Under the pieces are notes generated by a model. That model had not been told where the DNA came from and made no database searches. It worked only from the letters and a program-made list of their open reading frames with translations. A program made the position numbers and the translations under genes. Below are positions 20,590 through 30,560 of a DNA stretch of 64,000 nucleotides, piece by piece (the first letter of the stretch is position 1; each line of letters begins with the position of its first letter). Origin of the DNA: an uncultured Candidatus Saccharibacteria bacterium (GTDB lineage Bacteria > Patescibacteriota > Minisyncoccia > Phycocordibacterales > UBA9973); NCBI GenBank assembly GCA_964500465.1, contig CAZCNB010000003.1:13882-77881 (forward strand), read 5' to 3'.

Positions 20590-21771
20590 ATGAAATTATC
20601 CAAAATAAACAGAATGTACGTTCTATCATTCCTGTTCACACTACACATATCATTATCTGCATATGTTAATTCTACTTTTCTAATAAATTTCATAAGCGAG
20701 AAATATGTAGGTCTTCTATACACAGCTGGATCTTTAGTAACTTTAATAGTGCTTGCAAAAAGTGCTGGGATTCTGAAAAACTTAGGAAATCGTAAATTGG
20801 TAATATGGCTACTGATAGTAAACATGATCTCTTTAGTTGGTCTTATAACATCTACAAATCCGTATATTATTGGACCTTCTTTTGTAGGATTTATAACAAC
20901 AAATGTATTGGTTTTTTTCTGCATAGATATATTTATAGAACACTTTGGTGACCCAAAAACCATAGGAAAAATAAGGGGTCTTTACTTAACAATAACAAGT
21001 ATTGCTTGGATGATATCCCCTCTTATAACTGGATTTCTAGTTACAAAAGGTGGATACACACTTATATATATGGTTGCACTACTGACAACACTTCTTGCGT
21101 CATTTGTACTTATTTTATCTGTAAAAAAATTTAAGGATAGGACCTATATAAAAACACCTTTTATTCAAGCATATAAATATTTAAAAACAAATCCGCACAT
21201 GCTTGCTGTAACTTTAATAAATTTCATACTTCAGTTTTTCTTTGCATGGATGATAGTTTACACACCAATATACTTAAATAAACATATTGGCTTCGGATGG
21301 GATCAAATAGGGGTTATATTTACTTTTATGTTAGCGCCTTTTGTAATATTGGGACTACCGGTAGGATTACTTATAGATAAATATCATGTAAAAAAAAGAA
21401 ATTTATTATTCATTGGTCTTTTGATAATGTCTTTAGCCACATATTCAATAACTCAAACAACAACCCTAGATCTAAAAGTTTGGGCTTTGATACTTTTTTT
21501 CACAAGAGTAGGAGCGAGTATTGTTGAAACGACCTCTGAAATATACTTCTTCACTCATGTAAAAGAAGAAGAGGCCTATTTACTTGGAATATTTAGAGAT
21601 ATGACTCCACTTGCGTACGTAATTGCACCAATTCTTGGAAGTTTGGTATTTACATTCTTACCATTTAAATCTCTATTTATAATACTTAGTATTCTTGTTT
21701 TGTTAGGAATTTATTATGTAACAAAATTAAAACACTCCCATGGACCAACAATATCCAATGAGAATAAATAA
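20590..21771 (+). CDS. MFS transporter
   Basis: About 12 hydrophobic segments in a two-fold arrangement, GLLIDKY loop motif. Confidence 0.8.
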   Translation: MKLSKINRMYVLSFLFTLHISLSAYVNSTFLINFISEKYVGLLYTAGSLVTLIVLAKSAGILKNLGNRKLVIWLLIVNMISLVGLITSTNPYIIGPSFVGFITTNVLVFFCIDIFIEHFGDPKTIGKIRGLYLTITSIAWMISPLITGFLVTKGGYTLIYMVALLTTLLASFVLILSVKKFKDRTYIKTPFIQAYKYLKTNPHMLAVTLINFILQFFFAWMIVYTPIYLNKHIGFGWDQIGVIFTFMLAPFVILGLPVGLLIDKYHVKKRNLLFIGLLIMSLATYSITQTTTLDLKVWALILFFTRVGASIVETTSEIYFFTHVKEEEAYLLGIFRDMTPLAYVIAPILGSLVFTFLPFKSLFIILSILVLLGIYYVTKLKHSHGPTISNENK

Positions 21772-22444
21772 ATATTTGGCTCTAAAAAATTACGCAACTC
21801 GTACAGGTGCTGATGATTTAGTAAAAAAAGGATTAGTTACAATAAATAATCGTAAGGCAATTCTAGGCGATAAAGTAAATAAAGATGATAAGGTTGTAGT
21901 AAGCACAAGTGCAAAAGAAAATAAATATGTTTACTATGCCTACAATAAAGCTATGGGTATATCTACAAATCCTGACCCGAAGAGTAAAGATATTTTAAAA
22001 GTAACTAAGTTTCCAACAAAAGTGTTCCCTATTGGGAGACTCGACAAAGATTCACATGGACTTATTATCATGACTAATGATGGTCGTGTAACAGATAGAC
22101 TTCTTTCTCCTAAATATGTCCACGAAAAAGAATATGTAGTAAAAGTAGAACCAGCTTTTTCTGATAAATTCATTGAGCTAATGGGAAATGGAGTAAAATT
22201 CGATGGATTTATAAGTAAAAAATGTAAGGTTTGGAGAAAAAATAAAGACACATTTCATATAATTTTAACTGAGGGTAAAAAGCGTCAAATTCGTCGCATG
22301 TGTGAAGCACTTCATCATAAAGTTATCGACTTGCGCAGAATACGTATTATGAATATAGAAATAGGTAAAATACCTTTTGGAGGATACGAAGAAATAAAAG
22401 GAAAAGAATTAGAAACATTATTAAAATCTCTGGGTCTAAGATAA
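21740..22444 (+). CDS. rRNA pseudouridine synthase (RsuA/RluB/RluF family)
   Basis: S4 domain MRINKYLA, GRLDKDS, EKEY.V, LTEGKKRQIRRM. Confidence 0.93.
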   Translation: MDQQYPMRINKYLALKNYATRTGADDLVKKGLVTINNRKAILGDKVNKDDKVVVSTSAKENKYVYYAYNKAMGISTNPDPKSKDILKVTKFPTKVFPIGRLDKDSHGLIIMTNDGRVTDRLLSPKYVHEKEYVVKVEPAFSDKFIELMGNGVKFDGFISKKCKVWRKNKDTFHIILTEGKKRQIRRMCEALHHKVIDLRRIRIMNIEIGKIPFGGYEEIKGKELETLLKSLGLR

Positions 22445-22471
22445 AACCCCCTTACTTTAAGGGGGTTTTAT
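22441..22471. terminator. Bidirectional terminator
   Basis: ATAAAACCCCCTTA-CTT-TAAGGGGGTTTTAT. Confidence 0.85.
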
Positions 22472-22472
22472 C

Positions 22473-24431
22473 TTAATTACCTGAATTAATTTTTTCTTGA
22501 CTTGTAGCGCTAAACACTCCATCAGGTGTAATACCTTTTGATTTTTGCCAAGCTTTAACTTTTAAAGCAGTACCTTTACCATAAATACCATCAGCTTTTA
22601 TTCCTAGTTTTTTCTGGAGGGATTTAACATCATCACCTTTGGAGCCTATCTTGAGAGTTCTTTTTGGAGTAAATGGAGTTTCCATTATTTCATCATCTTT
22701 TTGTCCAGCTGTTAGTATTTTGAAATAGGAATCAGACATATCATTTTCTCCAGTTGTAGTATTAGTATTCCACCAATATACAACTACTCTATAGTAGTTA
22801 CTACCTATGGTTTTAGTAAAGTTAGGGAGAGTAAAATCTGCACTTCCTGAACTTGCTAACACACTTCCTCCAACATCATTTACTAAAATAGTAACTGGAC
22901 TACCATTCTCATCAGCAGGTGCCTGTGTTTGTCCATCTTTTTGGAGATGCTCAAGAGTTACCCCTACATGTTGACCCATTGGAGCATTTGGACAACTCCA
23001 TTTAACAGTGATTTTCTGTCCAGCTTTATAAATTTCACCACCATTAGGTGATAGCAGCTTGAATTTAGAACTATTAGGGTTTTTGGTACAAACCGTTGGA
23101 ATTATTCCAGTATCATTTATACTAAAGTTATTATCACTATAATCTTCAACTATTTGCTGAGTAGATGTGCCAGCTTGACCTCCAATTAGTACATTTACAA
23201 GAATTTTATAGTGGTTACCTCCATATATATTTTGATAATGTTTTGGCAATGTACTATTAAATGTAGGTGGTGCAATAAAACTATATTCATAAACATTTTC
23301 ACTTCCGTTTGAAGATATAAGTTTTGCATAATTAAGTGCTGGAGAACTTCCAAAGAGTGATAGTGTCTGCCAATCGGCGATACGGTCATCCATGACTGCT
23401 ACGAGGGTATCCGGATTTTGTTTTATGTTATTAGTTTTCCATTTTATAGTTATTTTATCGCCAGAAGCATAAGACTCTCCCCCATTTGGAGAAATCACAA
23501 CTATTGAAGGAATATTATTATCAATAACTCCTTGTACACACTTTGTTGTCACTACTGCTAGTGTATGTGGTCCACCGGTGTTATATTTTTCACGCCAAGT
23601 GGTAATTGTTTCGTTCTTATAATCTTCTACTGAAGTTGTTTTAGGATAAAACTTCTGGCAGTATTCAAGTTTCCTATCTCCATATCCTTCGCTTCCCCAT
23701 TGTTGATACGTACCTGCACCAGATACTCCATCAGGATCTGTAAGCCACTCACCATTTGATCCAATATGTTGATTTACCTTTCCATACCACATAGCTATGC
23801 GGGGAGTAAAATCGTTAGTAGGAGGGTAAATTATAGTATCAACAACACATTTTATAGTCATTACAGACAGAGGGTAAGGTCCACCAGTATTACCTGCTTC
23901 ACGCCAACCGTTTATCATTTCATTTGTATAATCTGAAACTGATGTAGTATTTGGATACCATTTTTTACAATATGTAAGTTTATCTAGATTAGCTCCTGAA
24001 GTTCCATCGGGGTCAGTTAGCCAATTTCCAGTAGAATCAACATGTTGATTCACCTTACCCCACCAATAAGCAATGCGTGGTGTTTTGTCCAGAGAAATCT
24101 TATCTTGTACACACTTGTCTGAGACAACAGTATTTGTATATCCACTTTGTTCATAGGATATGGCTCTACGCCAAGTATCTATAGTTTCTGACTGATAAGG
24201 AACAACTGAAATAGTATTGGGGTACCATTTTCTACAATATGCTAATTTGTCTAAATTAGCTCCAGATGTTCCATCTGGATCAGATTGCCATGCCCCATAC
24301 GCATCTATATGCTGATTTACCTTTCCATACCAATACATTATGCGAGAAGTAGTATCTGGTATATTAGCTTGCGCATGACCAGCCATTAGAAGAGATCCTA
24401 GAAAAACAAAACCTAAAAGTACTTTTTTCAT
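22473..24431 (-). CDS. Secreted modular protein: 3 Trp/Cys-containing repeats, 2 SPNGGE Ig-like domains, C-terminal peptidoglycan-binding domain
   Basis: Signal peptide; repeat RIxxWxGKVNQH..DPDGxSGA..YCxKxYP; SPNGGE twice; LKIGSKGDDVKSLQKKL..DGIYG..T..V..WQ..DGV (PG_binding_1 pattern). Confidence 0.85.
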   Translation of the reverse strand: MKKVLLGFVFLGSLLMAGHAQANIPDTTSRIMYWYGKVNQHIDAYGAWQSDPDGTSGANLDKLAYCRKWYPNTISVVPYQSETIDTWRRAISYEQSGYTNTVVSDKCVQDKISLDKTPRIAYWWGKVNQHVDSTGNWLTDPDGTSGANLDKLTYCKKWYPNTTSVSDYTNEMINGWREAGNTGGPYPLSVMTIKCVVDTIIYPPTNDFTPRIAMWYGKVNQHIGSNGEWLTDPDGVSGAGTYQQWGSEGYGDRKLEYCQKFYPKTTSVEDYKNETITTWREKYNTGGPHTLAVVTTKCVQGVIDNNIPSIVVISPNGGESYASGDKITIKWKTNNIKQNPDTLVAVMDDRIADWQTLSLFGSSPALNYAKLISSNGSENVYEYSFIAPPTFNSTLPKHYQNIYGGNHYKILVNVLIGGQAGTSTQQIVEDYSDNNFSINDTGIIPTVCTKNPNSSKFKLLSPNGGEIYKAGQKITVKWSCPNAPMGQHVGVTLEHLQKDGQTQAPADENGSPVTILVNDVGGSVLASSGSADFTLPNFTKTIGSNYYRVVVYWWNTNTTTGENDMSDSYFKILTAGQKDDEIMETPFTPKRTLKIGSKGDDVKSLQKKLGIKADGIYGKGTALKVKAWQKSKGITPDGVFSATSQEKINSGN

Positions 24432-24498
24432 AATAAAATGATAGATTTATTCCTTTAAATTGATACATGTTAATGTTAGCATCTACAATGTTTTCGTC

Positions 24499-24533
24499 AA
24501 TAAAAAATGCCCTTTTATAGGGCGTTTTTTATT
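24499..24533 (-). terminator. Terminator of rpsF-ssb-rpsR operon
   Basis: AATAAAAAATGCCC/GGGCGTTTTTTATT inverted repeat. Confidence 0.75.
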
Positions 24534-24732
24534 ATTTTGCTATGTAAGGCAGAAGTCCCATAAAGCGGGCACGTTTGATAGCTAGAGATAGCTTTCTTTG
24601 ATTCTTAGCTGTAACGTCAGTACGATTGCGAGACATCATGCGAGCAGATGGTGCAAGGAATTTTCTTAATAGATCAACATCTTTATAATCTATATGTTTT
24701 ATATTGTTTGATGAAAAATAATCTTGTTTCAT
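24532..24732 (-). CDS. rpsR: 30S ribosomal protein S18
   Basis: IDYKDVDLLRKF..QRKL..AIKRAR..LLPY. Confidence 0.96.
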   Translation of the reverse strand: MKQDYFSSNNIKHIDYKDVDLLRKFLAPSARMMSRNRTDVTAKNQRKLSLAIKRARFMGLLPYIAK

Positions 24733-24764
24733 AATTTATTTTATTCTTTAATTCTTATTAATTT

Positions 24765-25217
24765 CTAAAAAGGGATATCTTCGGCGTTGATTTGCTCTTC
24801 TGGATATTCAATTGTATCTAGTTCATCTTCTTCGGGAGTACCTGCTTGGGATGAATTATCTTTTTTAGGAGATGATGAACTTCCACCATTACCAGATCCA
24901 AATTGTACTCTATCTGCTATGACTTCGGTGCGGTATTTCTTTGTACCAGTAGCAGCATCATCCCAACTTCGAGTCTGCATGCGACCTTCAATCATTACCT
25001 GTGAGCCTTTCTTCATATATTGGGCAACAGTCTCTGCTTGGCGACCAAATACTACTATGTTGTGATAGTCAGCAGCTTCCTGACGAGCACCATTTTTGTC
25101 TTTCCAAACACGGTTTGTTGCTACAGAAAAGCTACAAACTTTAATTCCAGAAGGAATAGCTTTAAGCTCTGGATCGCGGGTTAGATTCCCTATTATTAAT
25201 GCTTTATTTAGATACAT
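24765..25217 (-). CDS. ssb: Single-stranded DNA-binding protein
   Basis: NKALIIGNLTRDPEL, OB fold, C-terminal DIPF. Confidence 0.97.
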   Translation of the reverse strand: MYLNKALIIGNLTRDPELKAIPSGIKVCSFSVATNRVWKDKNGARQEAADYHNIVVFGRQAETVAQYMKKGSQVMIEGRMQTRSWDDAATGTKKYRTEVIADRVQFGSGNGGSSSSPKKDNSSQAGTPEEDELDTIEYPEEQINAEDIPF

Positions 25218-25250
25218 ATGTTTAAAATAGTTAGACTATTAATATACCTA

Positions 25251-25748
25251 TTATACTACAAGAGCATCAATTTCCTGATCAATTGTTTCTTCGTTTATTG
25301 GAGCAACTTCTTCTTTTGGAGTAAACTTTTTCTTTGATCCTTCTGTCTTACTAAATGTACGCTTAGGAGACATAGTATTTTCGCGAACAGTTTTTATCAA
25401 AAGATATCTAACAAGTTTTTCATTCCTATCTAACATGTCTTTTATAACCTTCGCTTCAGTTGGTGTACATTCAAATTTTACCCAACCAAAGTATCCATAA
25501 GAAAACTTCTGTTTCTTATTAGCAATAGATCGAGACATTTCATAAGCAAGCTCAATCATTTTAGGATATTCATCTGAGATAAATGTCACCCCATTTTCAA
25601 GAAGTGTATCTTTAAATGCTGTAACTTCTGCTCCTAATCCTTCCTCTGCTATGGTAGGTACCATTATGTAACCTACCTCGTAAATACCTGTTTTTACTTC
25701 TTCTTTATTTTCGACTTCTGCACTCTTACTTAGTTTTGTTTTTGCCAT
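25251..25748 (-). CDS. rpsF: 30S ribosomal protein S6
   Basis: YE..YI, LAYE, RYLLIK; canonical rpsF-ssb-rpsR order; ATG at 25748. Confidence 0.88.
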   Translation of the reverse strand: MAKTKLSKSAEVENKEEVKTGIYEVGYIMVPTIAEEGLGAEVTAFKDTLLENGVTFISDEYPKMIELAYEMSRSIANKKQKFSYGYFGWVKFECTPTEAKVIKDMLDRNEKLVRYLLIKTVRENTMSPKRTFSKTEGSKKKFTPKEEVAPINEETIDQEIDALVV

Positions 25749-25850
25749 TGATAAAGTGCGCAAATGCGCAATAATTCTAATTTATAATAATGTTCCATTA
25801 TGGACCTATGTGTACCGACTTCAGGGTCGGGACAAATGAAACGTTCAAAT

Positions 25851-25879
25851 ATACTAACAAATATAAGGCTTTTTGTCAA
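25851..25879 (-). promoter_or_regulatory. sigma70 promoter of rpsF operon
   Basis: Minus strand TTGACA-17 nt-TAGTAT. Confidence 0.8.
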
Positions 25880-25901
25880 AAAATGAAATTTCCAATATAA
25901 G

Positions 25902-26744
25902 TTATATTTTCCAGACTCTTTTTGCATTGGAAATAAGAGTTTCAGAAACTTTCTCTAAGGGCAACTCTTTGATTTCTGAAATACGTTTTACTACTTCTGA
26001 CACGTAAATAGGTTCGTTGCGCTTTCCTCTGTGTGGAGTTGGGGTTACATATGGAGAATCAGTTTCCGACATTATCATTTCAATTGGAGTATTTTTTATT
26101 ATTTCATCATAATTTTTAGTAAACGTTATAACTCCAGTAAAAGATAGAGTAAAACCAAAATCAACAAAGTTTTTGGCATCTTCTACATTTCCTGCAAAAA
26201 AATGTACGTCTCCTTTTACTTTTGAATATTTCTTCAGAATATCTAGTGCATCAGAATATGCATTCAACTCTTTATTCTCTGGATTATTACGAATATGTAG
26301 CATTAAAGGTTTACCTACTTCATTTGCTATCTCAATCTGACCAATAAAAGCTTGTTTTTGTTTCTCTATAGACTCAGTATCACATCTGTAATAATCGAGT
26401 CCGCATTCACCTACTCCAACTACTTTTGGCTCACGGAGAAGCTCTAAATATTTTTCTTTATCGAAAAATTCACCCCGTGATGTGAATTCTGCTCCACCCT
26501 CGCCAAGCTCCTTCTCATCATGGAATGACGCACCTGTATGAATAGGATGTAACCCTATAATTGCATATACCCCTTCTTCATATTGATTAGCAAGTTCAAC
26601 TGCTTTCTTTGATGTATCTATCTGAGTACCTACATTTATAATCCAAGTATTATTTCCCAAAGCACGCTTAATAACACTATCTCGATCTTCATCAAATGCC
26701 TTAAAATTTACATGTGAATGTATATCTATATATTTTGGATTCAT
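25902..26744 (-). CDS. tatD: TatD family DNase
   Basis: IDIHSH, GLHP, GECGLDYY, LH.R, ETDSPY, RNEP; follows metG. Confidence 0.93.
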   Translation of the reverse strand: MNPKYIDIHSHVNFKAFDEDRDSVIKRALGNNTWIINVGTQIDTSKKAVELANQYEEGVYAIIGLHPIHTGASFHDEKELGEGGAEFTSRGEFFDKEKYLELLREPKVVGVGECGLDYYRCDTESIEKQKQAFIGQIEIANEVGKPLMLHIRNNPENKELNAYSDALDILKKYSKVKGDVHFFAGNVEDAKNFVDFGFTLSFTGVITFTKNYDEIIKNTPIEMIMSETDSPYVTPTPHRGKRNEPIYVSEVVKRISEIKELPLEKVSETLISNAKRVWKI

Positions 26745-26745
26745 G

Positions 26746-28188
26746 CTAATCTTTTCTTGCAAATAAAGGTTGGTCTGGTTTTTTGTTTTCTTTAATTAGG
26801 TTTTTTAATTTTATATTTGTCTCTGGCATTATGGGATTAAGCATTCTAGCAATTGTGTATAATCTGATAACCATTTCTGAAATTAATTCTTTTCCCTTTG
26901 ATTCATTAATTTTTATAACCTTAAACGGTTCTGTTTCTTGAATATACTTATCTAGTTTTTCGATTTCTATCCAAATATAATCGGTAGCTTTTTTAATATC
27001 AAATGTATCTAAAATCTCAAAAAATTCTTTCGGTATGGACATGTCTGGTATTTCTGGACAGTTTTCTAGATATTTTTCCGACAATGTAAGTATCCTACTT
27101 GATAGATTACCAATACCGTTTGCAAGTCCAGAGTTGTATGAATCTTTGAATCTTTCGATTGTAAATGGGCTATCTTCAAAAGAAGATACTTCACGAAGCA
27201 GAAAGTACCGGAGAGCGTCAGTTCCATACTCATTTACAATATCTCTAGGATCAACTACATTGCCAAGTGTTTTTGACATTTTAATACCACCTTCTCCTGT
27301 AATAAAACCATTCACAACTATCTGATTTGAATTAGGCACACCTGCAGCCATGAGCATCGCTTGCCACATTGCAGATTGAAAACGAGTGTTATCTTTACCG
27401 CAGTATTGTGTAGGTGTACCTTCTACCCAATATTTTTTGAAGTCACCATTTTCGTCTGGCCAACCTAGGGTATTTATATAATTCGTAAGTGCATCAAACC
27501 ATACATACATTACATGCATAGGATCGCCTGGTACTTCTATACCCCATGGCATTTTACTTTTTAGACGAGATATAGAGAAATCTTGTAAACCTCTCTCAAC
27601 AAATGCTTTTATTTCATTAAACCTAAATTCAGGTATAACAAAATTCGGATTCTTTTTATAAAAATCTAATAATTTATCTCCAAATTCGCTATACTTGAAA
27701 AAATAATTTTCTTCCTCGATTATCTCAAGTGGTCTTCCTGGATGGTCCGGACACTCACCTTTTTCATTAAGATCAGAATCAGTTTTTTCGCTTTCGCATC
27801 CAACACAATACTTTGCTTGATATATTTTTTTATAAATATAACCATTATTGTAAACTTTCTGCCAAAACTCTTGAGCTCCCTTTACGTGATTCTCATCAGT
27901 TGTACGAATAAAATGGACGTCTTCACTTATACCAAACATTTTTAATTGCTCTTTAAATGTAGTGAATCCTTGGTCTACAAAATCTTGTGGGGCTAAATTG
28001 TTTTCTTTGGCTTTTTCAAAAATCTTTACTCCATGCTCGTCAGTACCCGTATTGAAAAATACATCGTATCCTACAAGTTTTTTATATCTTGCAATCGCGT
28101 CAGCTCGAACGAACTCAAGCGCATGCCCCATATGAAGCGGTGCATTAACATATGGAAGTGTAGTGGTTAAATAGAAATTTTTACTCAT
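26746..28188 (-). CDS. metG: Methionyl-tRNA synthetase (short form)
   Basis: YVNAPLHMGH, TGTDEHG, YVWFDAL, KMSKT. Confidence 0.96.
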   Translation of the reverse strand: MSKNFYLTTTLPYVNAPLHMGHALEFVRADAIARYKKLVGYDVFFNTGTDEHGVKIFEKAKENNLAPQDFVDQGFTTFKEQLKMFGISEDVHFIRTTDENHVKGAQEFWQKVYNNGYIYKKIYQAKYCVGCESEKTDSDLNEKGECPDHPGRPLEIIEEENYFFKYSEFGDKLLDFYKKNPNFVIPEFRFNEIKAFVERGLQDFSISRLKSKMPWGIEVPGDPMHVMYVWFDALTNYINTLGWPDENGDFKKYWVEGTPTQYCGKDNTRFQSAMWQAMLMAAGVPNSNQIVVNGFITGEGGIKMSKTLGNVVDPRDIVNEYGTDALRYFLLREVSSFEDSPFTIERFKDSYNSGLANGIGNLSSRILTLSEKYLENCPEIPDMSIPKEFFEILDTFDIKKATDYIWIEIEKLDKYIQETEPFKVIKINESKGKELISEMVIRLYTIARMLNPIMPETNIKLKNLIKENKKPDQPLFARKD

Positions 28189-28190
28189 AG

Positions 28191-29255
28191 TTAAAGATTG
28201 CGAGCGATTTTTTTCTTCTCTACATCATTTATAAACTCAAGTAAACATACAGCACAAGGTATAGCAAGCACTACACCCCAGAATCCAGCAAGTGTACCAC
28301 CAATAAGTATTGCAAGAATAACAACAAGTGGTGAAATTCCTATAACTTTCTTAACTATCAAAGGATATATTAAGTAATTTTCAAATTGGTGAAGTATAAA
28401 ATACAAAAATAAAGTTAGGAAAGCAACAGTTATACTTCCATTTAAGTATGCAAACACCATAGCTGGTATAACTACCAAAAATAGACCGAATGGTATTAGT
28501 TCGGAAAATGCTGTAGCAATTGCAAGTATAAATGAATATTTGACTCCTAAAATGGTAAGGCCTAGATAAGCAAGGACTCCTATTATTAATCCTAGTAGCA
28601 TTTGGCCCTGGATCCATAGACCAATCTTTCTTTCAGTACGCCTCCACAGATCAATAACATATTCTTCACTACTATCAGGTGTTACGATTCTAAGAAAACC
28701 TTCAATTCCCTTTTCTTGTATAGAAAAGTAAAAAGATATTATCAAAATTAGACCTAAGTTTAACATTCCACCGAAAGCCTGACCAAAAATATCAAAGAAT
28801 CCACCAGATAAACTAGAAACTAAATTTTGGGTATTTTTTATTATTTCAGCGAGAGATCCATTATGAGAAATTGTACTAACAACACTTTTAGCACCAGTTA
28901 TAGTATCTGTTTGGAAAGTATTTAATATACTGTTATTTGGTACATAGTGACCTAATGAGTTAACCAATAAAGACATTTCCTGGATGAAAACTGGAACAAA
29001 TACGTAAGCAAGGCCAACAAAAACACCTATTGTCAGTATATAAATAATAAAAACAGCAAAAGTTCTATTTTTTACGTATTTTTTAAGCTTATATGAAGCG
29101 CCTCCAATAAAAGACGCAATAACTATAGAAGTAAGTATTATAAGTACAACGTCTATAAGTTTAACCAATGCAAAAACTAGAACACCCAAAAGGGCGACTC
29201 TAACTAAAGTACTGGTTGAAATATTAATGGTTGTTTTTTGAGGAATTTCTGACAT
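28191..29255 (-). CDS. AI-2E (PerM) family transporter
   Basis: Polytopic; GQ.LL, QFENYLIYP, ISPL, G.WGV.LAIP motifs. Confidence 0.88.
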   Translation of the reverse strand: MSEIPQKTTINISTSTLVRVALLGVLVFALVKLIDVVLIILTSIVIASFIGGASYKLKKYVKNRTFAVFIIYILTIGVFVGLAYVFVPVFIQEMSLLVNSLGHYVPNNSILNTFQTDTITGAKSVVSTISHNGSLAEIIKNTQNLVSSLSGGFFDIFGQAFGGMLNLGLILIISFYFSIQEKGIEGFLRIVTPDSSEEYVIDLWRRTERKIGLWIQGQMLLGLIIGVLAYLGLTILGVKYSFILAIATAFSELIPFGLFLVVIPAMVFAYLNGSITVAFLTLFLYFILHQFENYLIYPLIVKKVIGISPLVVILAILIGGTLAGFWGVVLAIPCAVCLLEFINDVEKKKIARNL

Positions 29256-29287
29256 ATCCCTATAATAACATAGGAGGCTTACTCTTA

Positions 29288-30559
29288 CTAGAATTTCAAA
29301 ATGTCTATAAAATCAGATTTTTGTTTAAACGGACCAATTATAGATAAATTGAGTTTGGAAGTCACAAATATACTTTTTGCTATTTTCATAATATCTTTAG
29401 ATGTAACTTTGTTGATCGATTTAATTTTTTCATCTAAAGTTTTGAGTTCCCTTTTCATAAGTTCTTGAGAACCATAGAAACTAGCTATATCATCGGTTGC
29501 TTCAAGTGAGAGCTTCATATTACCTATGAGCATTGACTTAACTTTCGATAATTCTTTCGGAGAAACCTCTTCTTTTGTTAATCTTAGGCACTCTTTAAGA
29601 ATTGCACTGAGTACTTCCTTGGTCCGAGAATTATTTACTCCTGCGGATATCTGAAAACTACCATGATCAAGTGATGGATCATTAAAAGATCTTACATAAT
29701 AAGCTACTCCCATTTCTTCTCTAAGCTTTATAAAAAGTCGTGAACTCATTCCAGCTCCTAGTACACCAGAGAGAACTGAAAGCACAGGATTTCTTTTATC
29801 AAACATAGAAAATGACCTGACTCCCAAAACAAAATGTGTTTGGTCTGTATCTTTGTATTTCACAACCACACTTGGTTTTGTTTGTTTATCAATTGTCTTT
29901 TTTTTACCAACTTTTTTGCCTGTGTGAATATTGCCAAAATGTTTGCTAACTTCTTTATAAACTTCACCATTACTTACACTGCCAGCAACTACAATCACAG
30001 TACTACTTGATACATAATGTGATTTCTTGTACTTAACAAAGTCATCTCGTGTCATATTATTTACATTTTCTTTTGTGCCTGCAATATTTCTTCCAGCCGG
30101 CTGGTCACCATATAAAACTTCTCCAAATAAATCTTGGACATGGCGATTAGGCATATCTTCGTACATATTTATCTCCTCTATTATTACACCTTTTTCTTTC
30201 TCAATTTCGGCCTCGGGAAAAGTTGAATTTAGATATATATCAGAAATTATTTCAAAAATTTTCTTGAAATTCTTGGAATCACTTTTTGCATAATACCCTG
30301 TCATCTCGTGATCCGTAAAAGCATTGTATTGGGCTCCAAGAGAATCTAGTTCATGAGATATTGATTGAGCAGTAGGCCGTTTTATGGTCCCTTTAAAACA
30401 CATATGTTCTAGAAAATGAGAAATTCCGTTGATACTTTTTTCTTCGTAATCACTACCAGTTCCAACTAATACTAAAACAGTTACTGTTGGATTGTCTTTC
30501 ATCGGAATAGTAACAACACGTAGGCCGTTTTTTAATGTTTTCTTATTTGGTTTTTGCAT
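29288..30559 (-). CDS. M16 family zinc peptidase
   Basis: GISHFLEHMCFKGT (HxxEH), SSRLF..LRE..G.AY. Confidence 0.93.
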   Translation of the reverse strand: MQKPNKKTLKNGLRVVTIPMKDNPTVTVLVLVGTGSDYEEKSINGISHFLEHMCFKGTIKRPTAQSISHELDSLGAQYNAFTDHEMTGYYAKSDSKNFKKIFEIISDIYLNSTFPEAEIEKEKGVIIEEINMYEDMPNRHVQDLFGEVLYGDQPAGRNIAGTKENVNNMTRDDFVKYKKSHYVSSSTVIVVAGSVSNGEVYKEVSKHFGNIHTGKKVGKKKTIDKQTKPSVVVKYKDTDQTHFVLGVRSFSMFDKRNPVLSVLSGVLGAGMSSRLFIKLREEMGVAYYVRSFNDPSLDHGSFQISAGVNNSRTKEVLSAILKECLRLTKEEVSPKELSKVKSMLIGNMKLSLEATDDIASFYGSQELMKRELKTLDEKIKSINKVTSKDIMKIAKSIFVTSKLNLSIIGPFKQKSDFIDILKF

Positions 30560-30560
30560 A

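Noticed and set aside
23535-24357. Spaced ~24-nt DNA repeats as a possible CRISPR array or DGR repeat pair
   Set aside because: They are in-frame protein domain repeats ~270 nt apart with synonymous divergence; no cas or reverse transcriptase gene is in the window.
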